DNA from: Octopus sinensis
Taxonomy: Eukaryota
Length of the DNA stretch: 64,000 nt
Direction of reading: 5' to 3'
Assembly (NCBI RefSeq): GCF_006345805.1
Contig: NC_043011.1
Location: forward strand, 6,944,001-7,008,000
In this document: positions 1 to 11,354 of the stretch, piece after piece
How the letters are laid out: each line of letters begins with the position of its first letter
Numbering within the stretch: position 1 is the first letter of the stretch
The notes under the pieces: model-generated
Database searches by the model: none
What the model saw: only the letters and a program-made list of their open reading frames with translations
Told to the model about the DNA's origin: nothing
Position numbers and translations under genes: made by a program

Positions 1-35
1 TTAGATTGCCTTTTGATTAATTTCAATCCTTCAGC

Positions 36-62
<27 letters not shown>

Positions 63-66
<4 letters not shown>

Positions 67-461
67 ACATGGCTATGTGGTAAGAGGTTTGTCTCCCAAC
101 CACATGCTTCTGGGTTCAGTCCCATTGCATGGCACCTTGAGTGTATTATGCCATAGTGGTCAATTAAAGCCTTGTGAGTGGATTTGGTAGACAGAAACTG
201 AAAGAAGTCTATTCTACATATATGTATTTGTATGTTACTGGCTCTTAACTTTGACATCACCTGATAGTTGTAAACAAGTGTCACCACCATGCAAGTGGTG
301 TCCATTTCCAGTATTCTGTGAAAACATGTCTGGTCATTTGGGAAATATCACCATACATGGAAACAGGCATGGGTTGGGGACAGGAAGGGCATCCGATCAT
401 AGAAAATCTACAACAAAATTCTTTAACCTATGTGAGCATGGAAAAGTGGACATTAAAATGT
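63..461 (+). mobile_element. tRNA-headed SINE, type E (type-A head + internal domain + RTE-LINE 3' tail)
   Basis: Head has Pol III box A (TGGCTATGTGG) and box B (GGTTCAGTCCC) as in type A. It ends GGAAGGGCATCC...GCATGGAAAAGTGGACATTAAAATG, the same tail as the RTE-type 3' ends elsewhere in the window. Confidence 0.7.
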
Positions 462-627
462 TTGTCTGTCTGTCTGTCACTATCTGTACCACTGTCTGTG
501 TGACTGTGTGCGTATCTGTCTGTCCTTCTGTCTACCTCTCCGTCTATCTGCCTATCTACCTCTCCGTTTATCTGTCTGTCTACCTCTCTGTCTATCCATC
601 TGCCTACCTCTCCATTTATCTATCTAT

Positions 628-1912
628 CCAGTCAAGTTGCTCTGGGCTGGTTTGGTCCAGACCTCCAAACAGAGAACTGGGGCGAAATAACAAGTAGGGT
701 GGCCACTCTCGCCCGGCAGTGGACTGAGACGAAGCTGTCCCTAAAAGGTCGGGCGGAGGTGGCGAATGCGTACATCACGTCCATCATCTACTGTCTTACT
801 GTTGTGCCTTGACCCAACCCTACCATCACCAAACTGGAATGCAACCTCTTCTGCTTCTTGTTTGCTGCCAACATCCACTAAAAGGAGGGCTGGGCATGCC
901 ATCGTTAATGATGCGCAGACATCTCCGGCTCTATATAGATGACGGTGAACAGGTGTGGTCACTGTGAGGTGTGCTTTCCTGCAGCTTGTCTCCATGACCG
1001 AACTGCAGTCGTGGATCAAGAAGAGGCCAAGGAAGGGGGAATGGCATCACAGGTGTTGCATTGCTCTCGAGCAACTCTGCCAACCTGGGTGGACCTTGAG
1101 CAACTGCATCACTATGAAAGCATTCTATAGGAGATTAGTGGAGGGGAGGTATGATGATGACCTCAGGGAGAATCTGGGTGTCAATGGGAAATATCTGACC
1201 CACCTGTTCAAGACAACTTTCAGGTCGGAACCTATGGAAACTTCCAGAGATCCTTGGCCTGGCAGTGCTATCGAGAAGTGCTACCTGATGAGGATAAGCT
1301 CTACAGGCATGGCTCCAGAAACACTAGGCTGACCTGCCCAAGATGTGGTCAGAGCGACAAAACCATTCTGCATGCATTCATGCAGTGTCCAACCATTTCC
1401 GACCTGTGGGCTTATGTCAAATAACTGCTGTCGCATGTGGGACGTGTCAGTATATCAACCGAGTCTATTGGGAATATTGTCATGCCTCCTTCCTTCAAAC
1501 GGGAAAGAAGAGCCATTTTCATCGTACTTGTGGCTATGGCAAAAGAATGTGTATGGTGGATGCATCTGAAAGGTCTAGAGACAAACACTTTCCTCTCTGG
1601 TCAATCTCTCATCAACTTCTTCAAGTATCACTTGAAAAGGAAGGTGAGAGTAGAGAGGGAAGTTTGTCTAGTGAATGTCGCAAGGATGGCAGGTGTGAAT
1701 GATGGAGCCACCTTGAGCATAATCCTATGAACCAGAAAAGGAAGGAAAAAGAAAATAACTTACTCTAATCTGTTTTCGTATTACACTGATGCACAAGGTT
1801 ACCGTAGTCTTTTCGTAGGTTTTTCTTTCCCTGGTCAAACCTCCCCACTTTTGGGAACTCTGCTTTTTACACTCGTTTCGAAATCGTTTGGCACTCACAA
1901 AAATTTGCATGC

Positions 1913-1914
<2 letters not shown>
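628..1914 (+). mobile_element. 5'-truncated, degraded L1/Tx1-clade LINE (ORF2 C-terminus + 3' UTR)
   Basis: Manual translation across frameshifts gives WFGPDLQTENWGEITSRVATLARQWTETKLSLKGRAEVANAYITSIIY and a CCHC knuckle CPRCGQSDKTILHAFMQC (1335-1388, CX2CX8HX4C). ORF remnant stops at 1730; internal stops present. Confidence 0.85.
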
Positions 1915-1950
<36 letters not shown>

Positions 1951-2100
1951 GTAGACAGAGAGAGAGATATGGAGGTAGACAGAGAGAGACAAAGATAGGC
2001 ACAGAGAGAGAGAGAGATGAAGATACACCAAGAGAGAGAATGAGGTAGATAGAGAGAGGGGGTAAGTAGATAGAGAGAGAGGTAGATGGTCAGAGAGAGT

Positions 2101-2300
2101 GCTAGATGGACAGAGAGAGTGCTAGATGGACAGAGAGAGCGCTAGATGGACAGAGAGAGCGCTAGATGGACAGAGAGAGCGCTAGATGGACAGAGAGAGC
2201 GCTAGATGGACAGAGAGAGCGCTAGATGGACAGAGAGAGCGCTAGATGGACAGAGAAAGCGCTAGATGGACAGAGAGAGCACTAGATGGACAGAGAGAGG
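2101..2300. repeat. 20-bp minisatellite (GCTAGATGGACAGAGAGAGC) x10
   Basis: Direct tandem copies with 20-bp period. Confidence 0.95.
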
Positions 2301-2340
2301 TAGACATTTAGACAGAAAGGTAGAGAAATGGAGAGGTAGA

Positions 2341-3655
2341 GAGACCGGTAAGTGGAGAGGTGGTAGAGAGACTGGTAAGTGGAGAGGTGGTAGAGAGACT
2401 GGTAAGTGGAGAGGTGTAGAGAGACTGTAAGTGAGAGGTGGTAGAGAGACTGTAAGTGAGAGTGGTAGAGAGACTGGTAAGTGGAGAGGGGTAGAGAGAC
2501 TGGTAAGTGGAGAGTGGTAGAGAGACTGGTAAGTGGAGAGGTGGTAAGAGAGACTGGTAAGTGGAGAGGTGGTAGAGAGACTGGTAAGTGGAGAGTGGTA
2601 GAGAGACTGGTAAGTGGAGAGTGGTAAGAGACTGTAGTGGAGAGGTGGTAGAGAGACTGGTAAGTGAGAGGTGTATAGAGACTGGTAAGTGAGAGGTGGT
2701 AGAGAGACGGTAAGTGGAGAGTGGTAGAGAGACTGGTAAGTGGAGAGGTGGTAGAGAGACTGGTAAGTGGAGAGGTGGTAGAGAGACTGGTAAGTGGAGA
2801 GGTGGTAGAGAGACTGGTAAGTGGAGAGGTGGTAGAGAGACTGGTAAGTGGAGAGGTGGTAGAGAGACTGGTAAGTGGAGAGGTGGTAGAGAGACTGGTA
2901 AGTGGAGAGGTGGTAGAGAGACTGGTAAGTGGAGAGGTGGTAGAGAGACGGTAAGTGGAGAGGTGGTAGAGAGACTGGTAAGTGGAGAGGTGGTAGAGAG
3001 ACTGGTAAGTGGAGAGGTGGTAGAGAGACTGGTAAGTGGAGAGGTGGTAGAGAGACTGGTAAGTGAGAGGTGTAGAGAGACTGGTAAGTGGAGAGGTGTA
3101 GAGAGACTGGTAAGTGGAGAGGTGGTAGGAGACTGGTAAGTGGAGAGGTGGTAGAGAGACTGGTAAGTTGAGAGGTGGTAGTAGACTGTAAGTGGAGGTG
3201 GTAGAGAGACTGGTAAGTGGAGAGGTGGTAGAGAGACTGGTAAGTGGAGAGGTGTAGAGAGACTGGTAAGTGGAGAGGTGGTAGAGAGACTGGTAAGTGG
3301 AGAGGTGGTAGAGAGACTGTAAGTGGAGAGTGGTAGAGAGACTGGTAAGTGGAGGTGGTAGAGAGACTGGTAAGTGGAGAGGTGGTAGAGAGACTGGTAA
3401 GTGGAGAGGTGGTAGAGAGACTGTAAGTGGAGAGGTGGTAGAGAGACTGGTAAGTGGAGAGGTGGTAGAGAGACTGTAAGTGGAGAGGTGGTAGAGAGAC
3501 TGGTAAGTGGAGAGGTGGTAGAGAGACCGGTAAGTGGAGAGGTGGTAGAGAGACCGGTAAGTGGAGAGGTGGTAGAGAGACCGGTAAGTGGAGAGGTGGT
3601 AGAGAGACCGGTAAGTGGAGAGGTGGTAGAGAGACCGGTAAGTGGAGAGGTAGAG
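2341..3655. repeat. 27-bp minisatellite (GAGAGACTGGTAAGTGGAGAGGTGGTA) x~48
   Basis: Tandem array; it accounts for the 459-aa, 141-aa and 77-aa repetitive ORFs. Confidence 0.95.
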
Positions 3656-3844
3656 GGACATATGGAGAGACAGAGAGATATATGGAAAGGTAGATAGATA
3701 GATAAATGAAATAGACAGATGATCAGATAGAGGTAGATAGATAAATGGAAAGGTAGATAGATTTTTTTTTTTTAGCTACCCAGAGTGGACAATACAATTT
3801 AGAGTTTTTCTTTTTGAAGTGGGGGGACAACGATCAAAAGGGAT

Positions 3845-4200
3845 CTCTCTACCTCTCTCTTTCTATCTACCCCTCTCTCTATCTACCCCTCTCTCTCTCT
3901 CTCCCTCTCTCTATCTACCTCTCTATCTACATATCTCTCTATCTACCTGTCTCTCTATCTACTTCTCTCTCTGTCTACCTCTCTCTCTATCTACCTCTCT
4001 CTCTCTGTCTACCTCTCTCTCTCTGTCTACCTCTCTCTCTCTGTCTACCTCTCTCTCTACCTCTCTTTCTATCTACCTCTCTCTATCTACCTCTCCATCT
4101 CTGTCTCTGCCTCTCGCTCACTCTCTCTCTCTCTGCCACTCACTCTTCCTGTCTGCCTCTTTCCCTCAATCTCTCCCTCTCCTCCTCCTCTCTCTCTATC
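3845..4200. repeat. Pyrimidine-rich low-complexity tract (CTCTCTCTATCTAC-type)
   Basis: Degenerate TC/TCTA/TCTG repeats. Confidence 0.85.
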
Positions 4201-4579
4201 ATATTTTGTTTCAGCTTCCAATGTCAACGTACCAGTGTCTACATGTAAATGAATTTCTGTGTGTGTGTATTTAAGAGCATCTCTCTGTATATACACGTGT
4301 GGCTGAGATCATTAATATTTTCAGTTTCCTTCCTTAATCTATCCCTACCCCCCATCCCAATCTCCCCCTCCTCCTCCCCAATCTGGTTCTATTTACAATT
4401 TCTCACTTCACACAACTGTCAAAACACTAGAAATCACAAAGATTAGATATTTTATAAATTACCTTTTTTTTTTTCCAGTGTTTTAATTTTTTATTTTCTT
4501 TACAATTGATAGATGTACATTAAATATTATAATAATAATAATAACAATAATAACAATAGCGATAATAATAATAATAATT

Positions 4580-4788
4580 CTCTTTACTCTTTTACTTGTT
4601 TCAGTCATTTGACTGCGGCCATGCTGGAGCACCGCCTTTAATCGAGCAACTTGACCCCGGGACTTATTCTTTTGTAAGCCCAGTACTTATTCTATCGGTC
4701 TCTTTTGCCGAACCGCTAAGTAACGGGGACATAAACACACTAGCATCAGTTGTCAAGCAATGCTAGGAGGACAAACACAGACACACAA

Positions 4789-4825
<37 letters not shown>

Positions 4826-5006
4826 ATATATATATATATACACACGACAGGCTTCTTCAGTTTCCGTCTACCAAATCCACTCACAAGGCTTTGGTCGGCC
4901 CAAGGCTATAGTAGAAGACACTTGCCCAAGGTGCCACGCAGTGGGACTGAACCCGGAACCATGTGGTTGGTAAGCAAGCTACTTACCACACAGCCACTCC
5001 TGCGCC
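4580..5006 (-). mobile_element. Full-length tRNA-derived SINE, type A
   Basis: Reverse complement starts GGCGCAGGAGTGGCTGTGTGG with boxes A and B, has an internal (TA)n(TG)n tract, and ends GACTGAAACAAGTAAAAGAGTAAAG. Near-identical to 40916-41307 and 46905-47310. Confidence 0.9.
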
Positions 5007-5310
5007 TATGTTGGAATTGCTACAGAATGTACTATGCATTATTTTTAAGGGCAGTGCATTGTCTGCCAGTATTGGGAACCAAAATTCATACACTTGAAAT
5101 TTGATACCTGGTGGTTATGAAATCAAATCCATTCATCCCTAGTTATATTTGTTCTTCCACTTGTTCATAAAGTTATATAGAATCAAGGCATAGTTTTGGA
5201 ATTGCTGTCCCTGGAAATTCTGTACTTCATACAAAAGAAAAAAACAATACTTTGCTTTCTTTTATTGGGTTTTCTCTTCACGCTCTAGTATTTTAAGTCA
5301 TACGACATGT

Positions 5311-5635
5311 GAAGGTGTGTGGCCCAGCAGTTAGGGTGCTGCACTCCAAATCGCTAGATTGTGAGTTTGATCCTGGACCAAGTCTAACCATGCCAGCATG
5401 GACAACAGATGTTAAATGATGATTGTGGTGATGACCAAATGGCATGTTGTGTTCTTGAGCAAAACCCTTCATTTCACATTGCTCCAGTCCACTCAGCCAC
5501 AAATAGGTACACCCTGCATCGGACCAGCCTTTTGATTAGGGTGAATGGTGGCCTGCTCACTTAGGGTGGCATAATTTGAAAGCTAAAGATTGATGCTAAG
5601 CACATTGTGACCATCAAATAGTTTGGTCGATCATG
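5311..5635 (+). mobile_element. tRNA-derived SINE, type F (degraded, with a short RTE-tail insertion at ~5385-5430)
   Basis: Core TGTGTTCTTGAGCAAAACCCTTCATTTCACATTGCTCCAGTCCACTCAGC is shared with 10884, 17230, 19823 and ~53150. Confidence 0.7.
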
Positions 5636-5739
5636 TGAAATATAACATAGTTTAATGATTCTGAAAAGATTATTTTCCAAATTTTCAATTTTTTTCACAT
5701 TTCAAATCTCAAGATGAACCTCAGTCAAAACCTATCAGC

Positions 5740-6392
5740 TTGATGGTGTTTTGGTATCACTCAGCAAGATTTTTGTTAGCCACTCTCCAGTTATCTATTT
5801 AAAGCTGTATATGGCTATGGTGCAGCCATGCTTGGAATTTGCATCACCGGTCTGGAACCGCTATCTTACTCAGGACATTGACCTCCTGGAAATTGTTCAG
5901 AGACGTGCAACCAAGTGAATACCCTCCATCAGGCATTTACCATACTCTGAACGCCAACGTCTGGCAACTGACCTAGTAAACACCCACAGAATTATTAACC
6001 ATCGTGCCAACAACCACCTTGAGCACCTTTCTGAGCTCCATATGGGAACACCTCGTGGACACGCCTACAAAGTCAGAAAACAGCACAGCTCCCATGACTT
6101 GCAGAAACATTTTTTTCACACTCAGAGTTGCTGAAACATGGAACAAACTACTTGCATCAGTTGTTAGTTGCTGAGACATTGCTTCCTTTAAAACCTCCAT
6201 GCTTCCTGAAATTCGCCAACACTACACCTGATATCCTCCATACGCATGCACCCATGTATATCACGACTCATACACTGATCACTTTTCTGACTTTTGTACA
6301 TAATTATATGTACTGTACATGCACCTTTAATGAGTTGTAGTGCACCTGAGCACTATACACAATAATTTCATTATCATCATTATTATCATCAT
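5740..6392 (+). mobile_element. CR1-clade LINE 3' fragment
   Basis: KLYMAMVQPCLEFASPVWNRYLTQDIDLLEIVQRRATK*...FFTLRVAETWNKL are typical CR1 ORF2 C-terminal motifs; ends in a (CAT/TAT)n tail. Confidence 0.85.
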
Positions 6393-6439
6393 AGGATTTT
6401 TTCTTTCTTTGTTTTTGTTATTGCCAAAGTGACTGTCCA

Positions 6440-6720
6440 TTCATTCACCTTTTCCATCCCCTTTTACTGGGAGAGTTGTAGGAGTAGAGTCTTCAGACAC
6501 CTCCTCCTCTCTTTATAGAGTCCATAGCAGATGCAACCATCATTACACTTTTCAGCTGGATTCCCAAGCACAACCGAGGCCATGGATATTATTCAACCAT
6601 CTCGTTCTTCGTCTACCCCCAGATCTTCTGTTGGTTGGCTTAGCTTAAAAATCTGTCTTGATTCTTTCCTGCAACATTCTGATCACATGTCCATATCAAT
6701 GGATTGGTGACCGTTCAGTG
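6440..6720 (-). mobile_element. Old RTE-clade LINE ORF2 C-terminal remnant
   Basis: Minus-strand KPTNRRSGGRRRTRWLNNI resembles the RTE G-R-R-x-RGRPRTRW motif. Confidence 0.55.
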
Positions 6721-6774
6721 TGGAAAAGTAGTGGCTTGATCTGGTATATTTGGAAATACAAATTTTGGCTTCAT

Positions 6775-7030
6775 CATCATTGTTTAACATCCGTTTTCCA
6801 TGCTGGCATGGGTTGGATGGTTTGACTGGGGACTGGCAAACCAGGAGGCTGCACTGGGCTCTAATTTGATCTGACAGTGTTTGCACAGCTGGATGCCCTT
6901 CCTAATGCCAACCACTCTAAGAGTGAAGTGGGTGCTTTTCATGTGCCATCAGCATGGGAGCCAGTCAGGTGGCACTGGCATCGGCCACGTTCAAATGGTG
7001 CTTTTTACATACCACTGGCACGGGGAGCCA
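6775..7030 (-). mobile_element. RTE-type LINE 3' tail (non-autonomous copy)
   Basis: Contains CTGGATGCCCTTCCTAATGCCAACC and the CATCATCAT...TTTAACATCCGTTTTCCATGCTGGCATGGG terminus. Confidence 0.8.
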
Positions 7031-7064
7031 GTCATTTCTAGTAAATGTTTCTTAAATAAGATGC

Positions 7065-7102
<38 letters not shown>

Positions 7103-7413
7103 TTTTTAAATGCACAGACATTCATTCTCCAATGTTGCACCGTTCTGTGGTAAATAGTTGTGGTTCCTGCTGTATCATAAATGATGCAACTCCGCCTGGG
7201 CAGGGCATCCGTCTGTCATAGACGAGTAGGTTAAGTGAGGCGTGACAGAACACTTGCAGCCTGAACCATGATGAGATGCTGATCCAGTGTCTTAGAAAAA
7301 CAAACGGATTTTTGTTGCTGTTGTTGTTGTTTTGCAAAGATAAGTTTCGTGTTTCTTTTAATGTTTCTTGGATTACATTTCCTAACTAGAAATTATTTAT
7401 CAGAATTATTAAT

Positions 7414-7570
7414 AGGTGTGGTTGTGTGGTGAGAAGCCTTGCTTCCCGATCACCTGGTTCTGGGTTCAGTCCCACTGTATGGCACTTTGGATCTTCTGCT
7501 ATAGTCTCGGGCTGACAAAAGCCTTGCAAGTGGATTTGGTAGACGGAAACTGAAAGAAGCCCATCATGTC

Positions 7571-7615
<45 letters not shown>

Positions 7616-8950
7616 CAAATAAGAAAATGGAGAAACAAATTTAGTTTGTTCATCAACTTTCAGATATTAAAATGTTGGATTATTTATTCATTTAACAAAA
7701 TGAGAACCTTAATAGTGTTGTGAATGGTTCAGCTGGTGCAGTACTTCTTGACCTACTTTGCTGGCTTGGAAACTGAAAGTCTACAATACAAAGTTATAGT
7801 CCTTTGTTCACGGAAGAGTGATGGCTTTTAGGGGACCTTTAGCCCTGTCAGGTGAATTAGAGTTCAGTTTGTGAGAGACAGTGAGAGAAATGTTGAGGGC
7901 TGAGGAAGACAGATTAAGGAATCTGGGAGCTTGTCATGAGAGATGACAGTAGAGTGAGAGGATGAGGGGCAGAGGAAGACAGGCAGAGAGTATTACAGAG
8001 CTAGGAGAGATTGTGGGTAGTGAGAAGGCAGTTGAGAACAGAGCAAGTTGGATTTGGCAGTCGGTATTTGGGAGTCAAGGCGAGCGGTTGGATTTAGCAG
8101 TGAGGATTTGGTATTCAGGGCAAGCAGTTTAGCAGTTGGATTTAGCAGTGCTAAGAGAGATGAGCTACAATATGAGACATTGGCTAATGTAACGGTACGT
8201 GAATTGTTGTATTAATATGTGAAGAGAAAGAAGCAAAAAGAATCGATGTATTGAAATGTAAAAGAAATGAGACAGTAAAAAGAACAATGTGAACTGTGTT
8301 GATATGTGTTACAGAACTGTTAAGGCAAAAGAGAACTGTGTAATGAACATTGATCTGTTTATACCTTTAATGTCCTTTGAACTGTAACGTTAATGCGATT
8401 TGAAACAGAACTGTTGTCTCTGGACTGTATAATGTATTGACTTGTTGTTTAATGTGTTGATTCTGTTGCTTGTATTTACCTGATGTATCTTTAAATATAT
8501 TTGATGTTGTAATAGTCATATAAACTAGTTGTTAAACGTAGCCAATTGCCTTCCGCTGTATCTCTGTGTCTCTTCCTGCTGTTGTTGTTGTCGTTATCTC
8601 TCTCCTCTCTGAGTTCCGTGGCGAACTTTCCCGTTCGACCGAGCGACGGCAGGTGGTCCGTAACAATACCATACATATATACCTTATAATTCAATACATA
8701 TAAGATAAGAATACAAATTATAGAAATCATAATAAATTATTGAAATCATATATTTTTGTGTCTGTGTTTTGTCCCCCCACTTGACAACTGGTGTTGGTTT
8801 GTTTACATCCCTCTAGCTTAGTGGTTCAGCAAAAGAGACCGAATAAATACCAGATTTTAAAAAAAAAAGTGCTGGGGTCAGTTTATTGAACTAAAGCTTC
8901 AAGGCAGTGCCCCAGCATGGCCACAGCCTAATGACTGAAACAAGTAAAAG
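7414..8950 (+). mobile_element. SINE type A split at its internal microsatellite (head 7414-7612, tail 8749-8950)
   Basis: The 5' half ends in (TA)n and the 3' half resumes ~1.1 kb later in the same orientation. Confidence 0.65.
7716..8665. mobile_element. Possible solo LTR (~950 bp)
   Basis: Starts TGTTG and ends CCGTAACA; flanks ATAG and ATAC (4-bp TSD with one mismatch); internal short repeats (GGATTTAGCAG, GAACTGT); no coding content. Confidence 0.4.
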
Positions 8951-9089
8951 ATAACTGTGTTAAAGATTGCATGGATGAAGTAAGGCAGAAATACGTTTAT
9001 CTTTGTGTCATTTTGCTATTTTCATTTGCACTAATTATGTTTAAAAGTATTGGAAATTCCTTCTGCGTACTGACCTACTTTGGAATATA

Positions 9090-10070
9090 GATACGGAAGC
9101 TGATAGTGGTCTAGAAACAAACCGCTATCAGATATGGTGGCCTTGAAATACACTTTGATGGATGACATGAATCTGGTGGTTTGATAGTTATGGTAGCCTT
9201 GAAGTAAAGTATGATTGTCTGACAGATATGGAGGCCTTGAAATACTTTTTGATGGGTGACGTAAATATGAATGATGGCCTGATAGATAGGGTGACCTAGA
9301 AACCTGTTTTAATGACTAATGCAAATGTGTTTCTAAGTTGTACTTATCTAGTAATAGACTTGATCTGTGACTACATGTTGTAACTCGGCGAGTTGGCAGA
9401 CAAGGTGGCAAGCTGGCAGAGACGTTAGCATGCCGGGCGAAATGCTTAGCGGTATTTCGCCCGGCGCTATGTTCTGAGTTCAAATTCCGCCAAGGTCGAC
9501 TTTGCCTTTCATCCTTTCAGGGTCGATAAATTAAGTACCAGTTGAGCACTGGGGTCGATGTAATCGACTTAATCCGTTTGTCTGTCCTTGTTTAGCCCCT
9601 TGTGGGTAATAAAGAAATAGATATGTTGTATTTTGAAGCCACAACATGGTGGAAGAGCCATTTTAACCATTTAATAACACACAAAAGAAATTCTAATTTA
9701 TTTCTTCAGATATTGAAATGTTTGTCGTACAATTACAACCTGGTCACTGACATAGTTCCACTGGAATGGTGTGACTGTGTGAAAGATATGGGAGCCTTGA
9801 GGTATGCTTTGGCGGTGGGTGTGTATAAGAAAGTTTGCTAATGGCGCTAGGCCTTGAATTAGTCTTTGATGGATCATGTTTATATGGGAGTGTGAAAGAA
9901 ACAGTAACTTTCAAACACTGATGGATTGTGTTTATATGCTGGTTTTGAAGGATATGACAGCTTAGAAACCTTCTTTGAATGGAGATGTTTATATGTTGGT
10001 GTGAAAGAAATGGTAACCTTGAAACTGTTTTTGACAGATTGTGTTTATACAATAATCTTGAGGAACATGA
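9090..10070. repeat. Highly degenerate ~50-bp tandem array interrupted by a SINE
   Basis: GATATGGnnGCCTTGAAA...TTTGATGGA recurs at 9090-9330 and 9780-10070. Confidence 0.55.
9405..9620 (+). mobile_element. SINE type B, long-tail variant
   Basis: Box B GAGTTCAAATTCC, core GTCGACTTTGCCTTTCATCCTTTCAGGGTCGATAAATTAAGTACC, tail TTTAGCCCCTTGTGGGTAATAAAGAAATA. Confidence 0.85.
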
Positions 10071-10689
10071 ATGGAAATGCAAACAAAATTAGATTCATTC
10101 AGGAAAAGGGGAAAAAAAAAGATGAGTGGTTGGTGATGAAGAATTATTTTGGAGATGCTAGATTGTATGAATTCTTTCTTTTGGAAACTAGAAAAAAAAA
10201 CCCATAGTTCTAAGACTGAAAGAATTCAATTAATGACACATTGGAGAGAAGCATTCAACCTCTTAATGCACACGTTTCATAATTCCTTGTCATGAGAATT
10301 TTAATCTATGTGAAAGAAAAAATGGTAAAATAAAAATTGGAGATTTCATTAGTTTTTTTTCCCAAAAGATTTGATTTTTAGATCCTAGTTTTGTTTCATG
10401 TCATAACCTCTTGTATTATCCTCATCTTATGTTCAATTCCCATACTGGTATGGGCTCAGTGGGTCATTATGGTTAGAGGAATCTGTTGCATGCCTACAGT
10501 CCCCTCTTGTATGGTTTCCATGGCTGCATTCCATTCTTGAAGTAAACTATTTCAAAGTGTGTACTGGCAGCATTTTATCATGGCACCTGTGTTGGAATGT
10601 TTGGTAGGGGCAGGAGTAATGGCAGAGAGACTGATAGGAAGAATGCAAATGATATAGGTTGACAGAAGGAGACACAAAGGTGATAAATA

Positions 10690-10860
10690 TATACCAACTC
10701 TACGATTGAAAAGAGCAGGTGAGAGGGCACATCCTTGTAGTACACCATTCAGGAAACTGCAGGTTCCAGAGATTTTCTACTTATGCATCACATAACCCTG
10801 GCAACTAAGAAATTTCTGTATGAGGATGGTGATAGAGGCACAAAGCTTGATTGTGGTTAA
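10690..10860 (-). mobile_element. Ancient LINE reverse-transcriptase remnant
   Basis: Minus strand reads NGVLQGCALSPALFN, the GVxQGxxLSPxLFN RT motif. Confidence 0.55.
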
Positions 10861-10883
10861 AATGGTACATATGGGGAGATTGT

Positions 10884-11189
10884 GAAGGCACGTGGTTTAG
10901 TGGTTAGGGCATTTGGCTCATGATTGTAAGGTCATGAGTTCAGTTCCCAGCGACACGTTGTGTCCTTGAGCAAGACACTTTATTTCATTATATTGCTCCA
11001 GTCCACTCAGCTGGCAAAAATGAGTTGAACCTGTATTTCAAAGGGCCAGCCTTGTCACGCTGAATCTCTGAGAATACGTTAGGGCTACACGTGTCTGTGG
11101 ATGGCTCAACCACTTGCACGTTAATTTCACGAGCAAGCTGTTCCATTGATTGTATCAGCTGGGACCCTCGTTGTAACTGACGGAGTGCT
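10884..11189 (+). mobile_element. SINE type F
   Basis: tRNA-like head GGCACGTGGTTTAGTGGTTAGGGC...GAGTTCAGTTCC plus the shared F core. Confidence 0.75.
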
Positions 11190-11354
11190 CCTGTTAAGGG
11201 GAGATTATATTATTCTTTACTGTATTTTCTGTAATAGTTGTGTGAAATTATGTTGCAAATGAGTGTAGTGGTGTGAATTCAGGATATGTAGGTTAATAAT
11301 GTCATGGATTAGCTTTCCTAGAATGTTTGGTGTGTGTAGGTCTTTGTGGTGTTT

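Noticed and set aside
1285-1291. Other CTGATGA motifs (1285, 40214, 62904) as hammerheads or snoRNA boxes
   Set aside because: No stem II plus GAAA at the right spacing and no stem I partner.
2282-3697. 459-aa, 141-aa, 77-aa and 69-aa ORFs
   Set aside because: They are translations of the 27-bp minisatellite, which is open on both strands.
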